Notes under the pieces: model-generated | The model's database searches: none | What the model was told of the DNA's origin: nothing | Seen by the model: the letters and a program-made list of their open reading frames with translations, nothing else | Shown here: in pieces, positions 12,243 to 23,912 of the stretch | How positions within the stretch are numbered: position 1 is the stretch's first letter | Layout of the letters: every line of letters starts with the position of its first letter | Made by a program: the position numbers and the translations under genes | Assembly: GCF_006345805.1 (NCBI RefSeq) | Contig: NC_042998.1 | Location: 139,624,001-139,688,000, forward strand | Reading direction: 5' to 3' | Length of the DNA stretch: 64,000 nt | Origin: Octopus sinensis | Lineage: Eukaryota

Positions 12243-12550
12243 GCCAATGAAGAGACTTAAAGATTGTTTGTTAACGAGTTAATTTACAGTAAGCGGTCTT
12301 AGATCAAGCCTATGAAGAGATTTAAAAGATCGTTCGACGAATATATTTGCCATTAGCGACATCAACAGAAGCCTAATTAACTCGCTAGGGATTGTTTGAC
12401 GAGTTAATTTACCATAAGCGGCCTTAGCACAACCCACGAAAAGATTTAAAGAATGGTTTTGACTAGTTTATTTACCATAAGCGGCCTTATCGTATACCTA
12501 CGAAGACATTTAACGAGTGTTCGAAGTTTGTGTTTACAGTTATAAAATCT
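12243..12550. repeat. Degenerate minisatellite, about 5 units of about 62 bp
   Basis: Recurring gaagagatttaaa..ga(c)gagttaatttaccataagcggccttag motifs at about 62 bp spacing. Confidence 0.7.
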
Positions 12551-12657
12551 AGTTTAATTTATGAAATTTAGGAAAGACAAGTCAATATTTTGCTGCGCTT
12601 AAAATTATTTTTGTGTTTTTCCTTTCTTCTTTCCTTTCTTCTTTCTTACCTTCTTAC

Positions 12658-12688
<31 letters not shown>

Positions 12689-13562
12689 TTTCTCATATAC
12701 TACCCTTTTTGGCAGAAGAGGACCAGAAAATGCCAGTCAAGACAAAAACGTTCGATATAGTTTGTTCCTCCAGCATTGTTGTGTGTGTGTGTGTGTGTGT
12801 GTAGATTAAAGTAAAATATGAAAAAGCAAAACGTTCGGAATCACTCGAAAAGAGCCTTTAATTTAGATAAAGAATATAAACCCATAAGGGTCCTGTATAT
12901 GTAGGCCGTGATGCATCTGTGAACTGATAGCGCAGTGCTTGAAATATAAACGGTATATGATGCCCTTCTTTTTCGCTGTTTAGCTTTTCTACTACTTGTA
13001 AAGAAACTCTGAAAAAGTATCTGAAGTGGTTTTGCTAAAGCTGCTTATATGACTTCAAGAGAATAGCTGGGGAGTCATCGGGGTTAGTTAACGAGTTTGA
13101 GATCAATTCGTTTATGGTCGCTGTTACATCTACCTCCTAATGTCTATGTAATCGACAGTTGCCGCCTTCCTCTACAGTTGAGCCACAAAATTTTGTTTTT
13201 ATTTTCAATTTATAATCTCATGAGTTTCCATTTCCTTCACTCTTAGCTCATTTTTGTTACCTGCAATGTGTGTCATTTAAATGTGCAGCATAAAATCGTT
13301 TAGCGCTTTATTCTGGATGCGGTACGGTGTCTGCGTTGGGTTACGATCTGACAAACTATCTGACGCTTTTTAAAACTTGAGGCCGTGATTTAAAAAACGG
13401 CAATGGTTATAGCAACTGTCTAATGAATTAGTTTAAAATTTTTTAATCAAGAATATTTTGAAAAGTTGTTGTCAATAAAACCATAAACTTCTTTATAACA
13501 ATTTTGTTCATATTCATTTGAAAACATTTGGAAAGCTTATACATATTTTTTGTCTTCTTCAG

Positions 13563-13672
13563 AAAGCCGGAATGCCTTGAACGAAATTTACAGCAAAATG
13601 TCGCTTAATCAGCGTTGTTCTGAAGTTAAAACTGCCGAACATAACTCTTCAACAAATGTAAATTTGGCCTAG
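13563..13672 (+). CDS. Predicted last coding exon (ESRNALNEIYSKMSLNQRCSEVKTAEHNSSTNVNLA*)
   Basis: Acceptor ttttttgtcttcttcAG. Phase 1 continues the frame to TAG at 13670-13672. An AATAAA follows at about 13705. Confidence 0.55.
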
Positions 13673-14001
13673 TTGTCACAAGATATTAGACACGAAACCA
13701 CCAAAATAAAGGAGAAAGAGACTCTATGACAGCATTGAACCTGGAATTAACGAATGTCAAAATAACTCTTCGGTTCTTATGCAAGATATGATGTGTGCAA
13801 TATCGGGAATGAATAGATACGTTGTTGTGTTTTATAAATTGTTCCAGAAATGCATGTAGCATAATGTTACCGCTATGATTAAAAAACAAATAAAAAAAGA
13901 CAGAATTCTCTTAATATGTTGCAGAATGAGGACCTGCCTACAAAATTTTATGACTGTACCTGTGGGTTGACTTAAGTCATAAAACCAGCATCCTAAATTA
14001 T

Positions 14002-14080
<79 letters not shown>

Positions 14081-15658
14081 GAGGGAAAGAAAGAGGAGGA
14101 AGAGAGAAGGAGATAAAGGGAGAGAGAGGGAGAGAAAGAGACTTTTTTGAAAGCAGTAAAAATTTAAACAAGTTAAATCTAAAAATGACTTGTTTTATAA
14201 AGTCTTAGAAAACTGGACGATTTTTATGCTTAATATAATTTAACAATTTCCTTCGATTCTCTTTCACAAAATAAACTAATGAAATACCATTCAGTTGTAA
14301 CAAAGAGACTGAATGTGATAAACCATTTTTAGCTTTCTGAATATACGACCGACCCCAAAAGGCAATAATTTTAATACAACAAAAGGATAGAATAAAATGT
14401 GAATTTTGTCCAAAGTTTTACAAACTGCATTAACTGAACAGAATGAGACCAATTTTACAAAACGCTGGGTCGAAATTATTGACCTATCAAAGACAATAAC
14501 AAAACTATGCAAAGTAAGATACAGCGCAAGCATCCGCCATATTGTTTTATGGGGAAAAACTTCTTTTATTTTTTTCCATTGGTTATTATTGTTCAATGTA
14601 TAATACACTTTGCGTTCTTTTGTTTTTATTTTCTTACATAAATAGTTTGTGTTGTGCAATGAATTAGAACAGATATACAAAAAGGTGTAGAATTACTCCA
14701 TATTGGGCAATGTTATGTATAGAGAGATATGTAGAATGTTTCTAACGACAGTATCTATGAAGATATACTCGGCTACTCTATTAGAATACAAGTTAGTGAA
14801 ATGACTAGAATTCTATCGTATGTTTTCAATATAGAAATTATATTGAAATTACTTTAAAATTGAACGACTTGCTCTTCTGCCCGCTTTCGTTTACATTGGG
14901 TAGTCAAATAAATTCGTTCGTTTTTTTTCTTTTTCTTCTTGACACTCCATCATCATATATCTAAGAGGTAAATTTATTAAAATTTCAGAAGAGATAGACA
15001 TGTGATAGAGGAAGAAGAGAGCTACAAAAAATATTAATATTAATATTAATATTTTTCATGTTATTTCATATAACATTAGAAATTAAGATAAATTAAAACG
15101 AAGGAATTTATCTGACACCTCAATAGGTTTGTGTGAATATAGTCATTTATTTTAGTATCGTTAAAGAACGAACGTTAATTGCTAATTTTTCACTGTTGTC
15201 AAAGGAATAATAATTGTGTGTAAAATGTGTTTAAGTGATCGACGATAATGTAAAGAAAAGTATCAAATAGCTACTTTTTACCACACGTTCATTATTGCCT
15301 TATGTACTCAGAACCGCCGATATCATAGTTCTAATGACTTCTTTTAAATTTCCAAAATCCATGACTTGAAATTGTGAGACTAAGAATCAGTTTAAATATT
15401 TTAGTTATCGTATACGGTTGACAACAAAGTCATATAGAAATGCGAGTAGAGAAGGGCGACTGTTCGATTTTGGTTTTCAATATGGCTATTTATTTGTGAG
15501 ACTAAGTAATATTAGATTCGCTTTTCCTGTTTAACTTTTATTTATATGTATGACACTAAGACTGACAGCAAAACAGCTAGCTAGCTAGATAGATAGGTAG
15601 ACAGACAGGTTCAGAGATAGAAAGATAGATATACAGATAGATACACCCCACACACACT

Positions 15659-15783
<125 letters not shown>

Positions 15784-15827
15784 TGTGTGTGTATGTATAT
15801 CATATATCATATACATGTATGTATGTT

Positions 15828-15852
<25 letters not shown>

Positions 15853-15858
<6 letters not shown>

Positions 15859-16043
15859 ACAAAAGAGATACCCAAAGAATAGGATATCTGACTAGCTAGA
15901 AAGAGCAGTTAAAAACTCCTAGCCACCAATTGTTGTAATTCCGAAAGTGATTGAAAAATAACAATTGGTGGCTTGGAGTTTTTAACTGCTCTTTCTAGCG
16001 AGTCAGATATCCTATTCTTCGGGTATATCTTTTATGTTTGAAT
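15853..16043. repeat. Foldback (palindromic) element, about 80 bp arms
   Basis: attcaaac..gaataggatatctgactagctagaaagagcagttaaaaactcctagccaccaattgtt is inverted at aacaattggtggcttggagtttttaactgctctttctagcgagtcagatatcctattc..gtttgaat. Confidence 0.9.
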
Positions 16044-16153
16044 GTACACTATTATTCTCTAAGTAATATATAGTCTATTGACTAATTTTTTCTCGCTAGA
16101 CCACTGGTAACTAAGAATTTTCGATAAATATTCTTGTTACCCTAAGTTTTTAA

Positions 16154-16193
<40 letters not shown>

Positions 16194-16202
16194 TATAATA
16201 TA

Positions 16203-16238
<36 letters not shown>

Positions 16239-16313
16239 TGTATGTATGTATGTATGTATGTATGCATGTAGATAGATAGATAGACAGACTGACAGACAGA
16301 CAGACAGATAGAC

Positions 16314-16385
<72 letters not shown>

Positions 16386-16532
16386 GAATTACACTTCCCT
16401 TTCCCCGGCCTAATTTCTGACTACTGTAACTTCAGCAGACAGAATTAATTAGGAAGTAACTTTATATAGTAAAATGGGTGTTGATCCAGTGAACAAAGCG
16501 ACTGATATTAACTTTTTACAGAACTTCAGATG

Positions 16533-16563
<31 letters not shown>

Positions 16564-16979
16564 CATTTTTCATTTGAAAAAAAAATTTTTATGACGGAAA
16601 ACTGAGACGAATAAGCTTTTCGTTGGAGGAATAAGTAACACTAGGTAAACTCAAATGGCTAGGACGAGGAATCGAAACCGGATCAACAGAATCTGCTACC
16701 CAGTAGTTAGCTTCTTACTCAATGTTGTCGTTTCTCTTACAGCCAATATCATTGATAACATTATAAATGAGGCCTATTTAAACAGATATTCGATTTATCC
16801 GGGTTTCCCCCCAATTATACCTCTCGCTTTTTCTTTTTTTCTTTTTGTAAAAGATTTGTATATCATAAAAGACTTCGTGTTTTTGTTTTGGTTTGATTCT
16901 TGAATAATTGTCAACAGCATTTGAAGAATTTTTACGTTTGAAATTCCCTGAAGTGTCTAATTCTTCTTAGATTTTTATT

Positions 16980-17030
16980 TATATATTTATTATTATTACT
17001 ATTATTATTACTATTATTTATTTATTCATT

Positions 17031-17091
<61 letters not shown>

Positions 17092-17111
17092 TATTATTAT
17101 TATTATTATTA

Positions 17112-17165
<54 letters not shown>
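16980..17165. repeat. (ATT)n microsatellite
   Basis: Direct trinucleotide run. Confidence 0.97.
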
Positions 17166-17166
<1 letters not shown>

Positions 17167-18334
17167 GCAATCTGTTGTGTATCGAAAGTGTTAATTTTAA
17201 TATTTTCGAATTGGAAAAATATAAATAGAATCTCAGAAAAAAAAAATACTCTCACAGACAGCTTTATGATACAAGATCTTATTTCGACAGAATCCAACAT
17301 CAAGCCATGTATATTATCGGAAAATAATAGATCCAAAGCTTTCTTTAATTTCCTACAGTTAACAAACAGAATTATTTAGCGAAAAGAAAATATTAGAGAA
17401 ATTTTTTTAACCTAAGGATCTAAACGTAGGTAAATTTTTTGATTTTTCTCTATAGCATTTTGAACACTTCAAACAATCCTTTTGTATGTATAATGATTAC
17501 TTTCATACCTTTATCACCTAATAATACAGTACAAAAAAGGCTAATTTATTCAAATTTTAAGTATTTAACTTCTAATAAAAAGATTGTGGGATGCAGGTAT
17601 TATATTGAATGAAAAGCCGAATATAAATCTCCCCGTTTGTTGTGGTTGTTATTGCTTTCATTTTTTATTGCCTTCGATTTTTTTTATGCCTCTTTAATAA
17701 AACTTCTTAGAAAAAAAGTAAACTATTGCAAATAATTTTGTTTATTTTATAGAGTTTATAATTTATATATTCCTGATTGTTACGTTGCTAACGCTCTTCA
17801 ATTACTGAAGGAGAAAAATAACGACATAGTTTTTAAAAAAGGAACAATGAAAGGGTTTCATTGTCGTCGTATTTTTTATACAATGTCTATCAATAAACAG
17901 AATTTATTATTGTGGACGAGAAAAACCGTCACAGCAATACGAAGGAAAAGGAGAAAATGGAATGGGGGAAGACATGCTTTGCTTAGTTATTTGTATTTGT
18001 CATAGAAAAAAATTAAGATCAAACAAAATTGAATAAATAATTTGTACAAATGAAAAAAAAAAGACCTGTACTTCTGCGGATTTTGTCAATAAAAGCTATA
18101 TTAAAGACATATTTCATTTTTTTTCTATCGATGTGACACTTGAATAAAATTCCGCTTCATTGACATTTTTTTTTCAACCGACAGATTCATTCTGTAACTT
18201 TAACGATCTGCTGCTGTTTAAAATAACAAATATATATTTTTGTTTTTATAAAATCTTACTATTCACAGATTCATTTGTTGAAGAATTGGCTTCATTTTTT
18301 TAAACAATATATATAATATATATATTTGTATATA

Positions 18335-18369
<35 letters not shown>

Positions 18370-18455
18370 ACACCACACCCCCACACCCCCACACACACAT
18401 GCGCACACACATACACAGATGCACGCACGCTCACACGCACACACACACACACACA

Positions 18456-18503
<48 letters not shown>

Positions 18504-19679
18504 AATATGCATATTTCTATATCGATTTTAGCCGTCAATTCGATTTTATTTTATTTTCAATAAAATATATCTTCTCCATAACGAAATATTTTGACAAAGT
18601 TTAATCAGTAGTGTATCAGAATAGGTAAGAATTGAAAATAAATTTCAATAACCCAGTGGAATTATTTATCCGTCTAAACATTCAGACTTTTTATATTTAA
18701 TCGCAGTTTTCAAAATCACAGACTCTTTATTTTGGTTTATTGAACGCAAAGTCTTTATGTTGTTTCTTTACAATTATTTCATCATGAAAACAAGCGAGCT
18801 TATAATTTATTTTAAATATACTCTACACATACTATGTGATGTCCATACATGGCCGAATCGATAGAGTGACGGCATGTTGAGGGTTCGTACCTTGTCACTG
18901 ATACTGCACAGACTACATGACTGTTGTAACGACGTAGGACCCACTGGCCGGCATGGCATAAACCCTAACAACTCAGAATAAGGATAAATTATCTCAGTGC
19001 TCTGTTCATTTTCTAATATGGATAAGGTGATATTAATATTAATGGAAACCCACTCATGTAAACACTTTATTGATAAGTTCTGCACGTTGCACCCCCTAAT
19101 TGTATTACATCTCCGTGGCAGACGACGTATATACATAATGTGAATGTCGAAAAACAGGAAGAGGAGAGCAATTAATAACTTTTAGCAAAAATATTGTAAC
19201 AGAAATTAATTCTGTAGAGCACGGTTAATTAAGGTAGTAATATAAAACTAATTATATTCTGTGAAGTTATATCGTTGCTCTAACAAAAATGAACGATAAG
19301 TTGGTATTTGGTTGTTAACCAGGTGAAGAACGACTAAAAAATAATTGAATAATTCAAGATTAGTGATTAGTTAAACATTGTGATTGAGGAGCGACGTTAA
19401 GTCAACTTTTAATATTGTCTAAAACAATAGTGGATTCATAAGTTAACACTGTGGAATGTGGCGTTGACTTATAAAAAACATTTATTATACTTTATAGTAT
19501 ATTATGGGTGCATAACAAAATAGCAAATCATTAGTTGGTTTCATAAGATTCCAAATTAAACATCCTTGAAGTCAGTTTTAAAAAATGGCGAGGTATTTAA
19601 AATCTACATTTGTTATTTCTCAAGCGAACTAAAAAAAAAAAGGATCAAGAAGTAGAACAGCCAAACAACACAAGTGATA

Positions 19680-22135
19680 CAAATCAAGCCAAGAAGAGCT
19701 TACAAGAAAAAATAATAGCACTACCAATCATGAAGAGAAAACTGATACCAACGACTGAAGTGATGAAGATCAGAAGATTTTAAATGAGGTGGAGGAAGTA
19801 ATGAGTAAAGCAGAAAAAAATTACCAGCATTAAAAGGTGTTAATGAAAGGAAGTTGCTAGATATTGCTAGGAAAGTAGATTCTCTTATCAGTAGGATAGA
19901 TGCTAAAAATATAGGTGGCACTAACTTATTGATCTATGCAGGAGGGTAGTAGTTACTAAAGTGAAGAAAAAAGTAGTTACTGAGAAATGGCCAAATCTAA
20001 GACTAACTTGTGCATAAACGAATAAAGTGTTACAAAGAATGCCAAATTAGAAGGGCCCACGATCAAATTTAGTTCAAAGGTACTAGTTAAAGATATTTAG
20101 TAGCTTACATGGAAGAATTGAGGGAAAAGCTTCAGGACTAGAGGGAAAACGTACTCCTTATGAAAGACAAAAGCAAGAGAGATATAGCTAGTAATGATAG
20201 ACCAATTACTTGCTTATCATTGGTGTGGAGGCTGTTAACAAGAATGTTCTCAGAAAGCATTTATGAGCACCTAGACAGACAGAATTTACTTTCAGAAGAT
20301 CAGAAAAGTTGTAGGAAGAAGGTTAGAGGAACGTGTTATCATACATAGACAAAAAAGTCCCCAAAGAAGTAAAACCTAAAAAGAAAAATTTAACAATAGC
20401 ATGGATAGATCATAAGAAAGCCTGTGACATGATTCCACACTCATAGATAAGTGAATGTCTGAGAATATTCAGTATTGCAGACGACAAAAGAACTAATTAG
20501 CTATAGCAGGAAGAAATGGAAAATAGATCTCTACTCAAGTGACACAGCCTTAAGGAAAGTTAATATCAAGAAAGGAATTTTCCAGGGAAACCGGTTATCC
20601 CTTTTAAATGTTTAATCTCACTCAGTTTAGTATTAAGAAAGGCAAAAGTAGGGTATCAGTTTAGAGGTTATAAAGGAAAGGTTAACGGTTTGCTCTACAT
20701 TGATGATCTGAAGCTTTTTAGTACGAATAAAAAGAGGTAGATTCCTTAATACAAACTGTTATGGAATTTGGCATAGATACTCGTAAGTGCGCAATATTAG
20801 TCATTAAAAAGGGACAAGTAGTCAGCATTGAAGGCATTCAGTTGCCAGATTGCCAGACATTAAAATAAAAAATTATAAGTATCTAGGAATATTAGAATCT
20901 GACAGAGTACTAACTACAGAAACGAAAGAGAAAATTGATGAGTACATCAGAAGGGTGAGAAAAGTAATGTTGTCAAAGCTAAATGGTCCGAATCGTAAAA
21001 GCTGTAAGTACTTGAGAAGTATCATTACTAAGATACTCAGTAGCTTTTGTAGATTAGACAAAATCTGAATTAGCAAATCTAGATAGAAGAACTAGGAAGG
21101 AATTCAATATGAATGGAGGACTTCACCCAAGGGCAGGAAAAGCAAGATCATATTTATCTAGAAAGGAAGGTGGTAGAGGTTTAATATCACTAGAAGACTG
21201 TAGAGTTAGCTGGAGTAGTTATGACCTCCAATGTAGATAACAGTGAGGAAATTTTTATTAAGAGCTGCAAGTAGGAAAACCAAATAGTCAAATGTAGTTA
21301 AAAACCAGAAAAAGAAATAAGATTATCTGACTGGCAAGAGAAGGCTTTGCAAGATTGATTCTCAAAGATAGTTGCAGAAAATAGTAATAATGAAACATGG
21401 TTGTTATTGCAGAAAGGAAGGCTGAAAAGGGAGTACAAGCACAAGCAATGAGGGCTAATTGGATAAAAGCCAAGATGGGCAAAAATCAGGTAGATTACCA
21501 ATGTATGTTATATAAATCAAAGGAGGAAGGTGTTACTCATATAGTTAGTGAATGTAGTATGCTAGCACAGAAAGAATATGACAACCTAGGGAGAATAAAC
21601 CACTGACAGTTATGTAGAAAGCTAGGGTTTGACCATACAGAAAACTGGTACGAACATGAACCTAGTAAAGTGCGAGAAAATAAGAAATATAAGATCTTGT
21701 GGGGCTTTAACATTCAGACTGACAGAGTAATAGAAGCTAGGCGGCCTGATTTAGTAATAGTAGCAAAAAGAGAATAAAAAGTGCCCGGTAATCGACTTTA
21801 CAGTCCCAAATGATGATGAAAGTCAATATAAGAGGTATAGAGAAAATAGCCAAGTATCAGAATCTAGCCATTGAGTTACAGGGGTTATGGAAAGTGCAGA
21901 TAAAATGTATCCCACTAGTTATAGGTGAATTAGGGGCTATCCCTAAAGATTTGAACAGATGGATAGATGAAATAGGCATAGAACCTAGTTTAGTGCAGCT
22001 CCAAAAAACAGTGTTATTAGGGATATTTAGGAAGGATACTTAGGAAGGTTCTTGGCATCTAAGGTTACTTGTTGCAGTTCGATGTTGGGAATTTTTTCTA
22101 TCTATCTGATGTGCGTATATTAAATAATAATCTAT
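19680..22135 (+). mobile_element. Decayed R4/Dong-like (RLE) non-LTR retrotransposon with RT, CCHC and endonuclease domains
   Basis: RT motifs RPITCLSLVWRLLT, AWIDHKKACDMIPHS, GIFQGNRLSP, LLYIDDLKLF, KYLGI and RKEGGRGLISLED. CCHC-like THIVSECSMLAQKEY. RLE RRPDLVIV..IDFTVP..EKIAKYQNLAIEL..IPLVIGELGAIP. Many stops and frameshifts. Confidence 0.9.
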
Positions 22136-22193
22136 TTCTCTATCTGTCTGTCAGTTAGTCTGTCTGTCTATCCGTGTGACGTCTGTCTGACTG

Positions 22194-22194
<1 letters not shown>

Positions 22195-22283
<89 letters not shown>
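22195..22283. repeat. (TATC)n microsatellite, 5' flank of the Tx1 element
   Basis: Direct tetranucleotide run. Confidence 0.98.
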
Positions 22284-23400
22284 GTGTCGCGTTGCTCTCA
22301 AGCAACTCTGCCGTCCCGGGTCGACCTTGAGTGACTTCAACACAACCAAAGCATTCTATAGGGGATTAGTGGAGGGGAGGTACGACGACGAGCTCGGGGC
22401 AAACCTGGGCGTCGACGAGGAATACCTGACCCGCCTGTTTCAAACGACTTTCGGCCCGGGACCTATGGACAACTTCCAGAGATCCCTGGCCTGGCGGTGC
22501 TACCGAGAAGCGCTACCCGTTCGGGATAAGCTCTATAGGCATGGCTCGAGAAACACGGGGCCGACCTGCCCGAGATGCGGGCAGAGCGACGAAACCGCTC
22601 TGCACGCAATCGTGCAGTGTCCAGCAATTTCCCACCTGTGGGCTTATGTCGAACGACTGCTGTCACGTGTGGGACGTGTCGGTTTATCAGCCGAGTCTAT
22701 CGTTAATATCGTCACGCCTCCTTCCTTCAAACGGGAAGGAAGAGCTTTTTTATCATACTTGTGGCTATGGCGAAAGAATGTATCTGGTGGACGCGTCTGA
22801 AAGGATTAGAGACAACACTTTCCTCTCTGGTCAATCTCTCATCAACTTCTTCAAGTATCACTTGAAGAAAAAAGTGAGAGTAGAGAGGCAAGTTTTGTCT
22901 AGTGAATGTTTTAAAAAAAGATGGGTGAATGTAGCAAGGATGGCACGTATGAATGACGAAGCCACCTTGACTATGATTCTATGAACCGTAAAAATTAATA
23001 CAGAGAGTTGCTATTTGCAAAAAAAAAAAAAAAAGAAATATAACATGTGACTTCATTGACCGAGGTTACCGTGGTCTTTTCCGTAGGCTTTTCTTTCCAC
23101 GGGTAAACCTCACCTGTCCTCCCCTTTACACTTCATATTGACATTCTGTGATAACGATCCCTATTGATCAATTTTTTCCTCTCCCCCTTTTTTTTTAACC
23201 CCCCCCCCTTTTTTTGCCCTCTTTCTCACCTTTTACGATCCCTTTTGATCGACCCCCCCTTTTTATTTTATTTTTATTTATTTTTATTTTTTTAATTTTT
23301 TTTATTTATTTATTTATTTATTTTTTAAACCTTCAAAAGAAAAGCTCTACCTTGTAATTTGTTCTATCTGTGTGCAGCCCTGTGTGGCTAATAAAGAAAC
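22284..23400 (+). mobile_element. 5'-truncated Tx1/L1-clade LINE (ORF2 C-terminus and 3' UTR)
   Basis: ORF 22327-22800 has a zf-RVT-like segment AWRCYREALPVRDKL..CPRCGQSDETALHAIVQC. One frameshift continues into 22541-22984. The 3' end gccctgtgtggctaataaagaaac joins (ATCT)n. Confidence 0.88.
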
Positions 23401-23401
23401 A

Positions 23402-23478
<77 letters not shown>

Positions 23479-23631
23479 GTTTATCTTTCTATTGCTTTCT
23501 CTGTCTACCGACTTATCTAATGTTTTCTCTTATTATTTGTCCCTCCACTATATATGAGAAAAAGAAATCGATCATCTTTGATTTTAATTTCAACTCTTAA
23601 ATGACTTCAGTTGGTCTAACTTCAGAATTTT

Positions 23632-23690
23632 GAGTTAAGTTGTGCTGATGAGCCTTAACGAAGGCGAAATAGAACCATACACGACTACTC
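23632..23690 (+). ncRNA. Type I hammerhead ribozyme motif
   Basis: Stem I GAGT(ta)AGTTGTG / CACGACT-ACTC. Core CTGATGA at 23645-23651. Stem II GCCTT-aacg-AAGGC. GAAA at 23666-23669. 2-bp stem III with a 6-nt loop. AUA cleavage triplet, cut predicted after 23679. Confidence 0.8.
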
Positions 23691-23862
23691 TGTTAATAAT
23701 AAATGAATCGTATAAAAAAAATATGTATGCTCTTTCCTCTCTCTCCATTTTTCACCCTCCGATAAGAATTTCTCAGCAGAAAACAAAAGAAAAAGAACTT
23801 AGAATTTTCTCCCGTTAAGCACATACACTCTCTCTTCCACTCTATCTGTCTGTCTGTCTGTT

Positions 23863-23912
<50 letters not shown>

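Noticed and set aside
12243-12550. Possible CRISPR array
   Set aside because: Units are degenerate along their whole length with no repeat/spacer alternation, there are no cas genes, and the context is eukaryotic.
14416-14513. Candidate extra exon VLQTALTEQNETNFTKRWVEIIDLSKTITKLCK with a GTAAGA donor
   Set aside because: The acceptor is weak (AAG), the phase does not link to the 13563 exon, and no downstream partner was found. Not excluded without RNA-seq.
18807-19136. 109 aa minus-strand ORF in GC-richer unique DNA
   Set aside because: No motif, splice signals or start context I can support.
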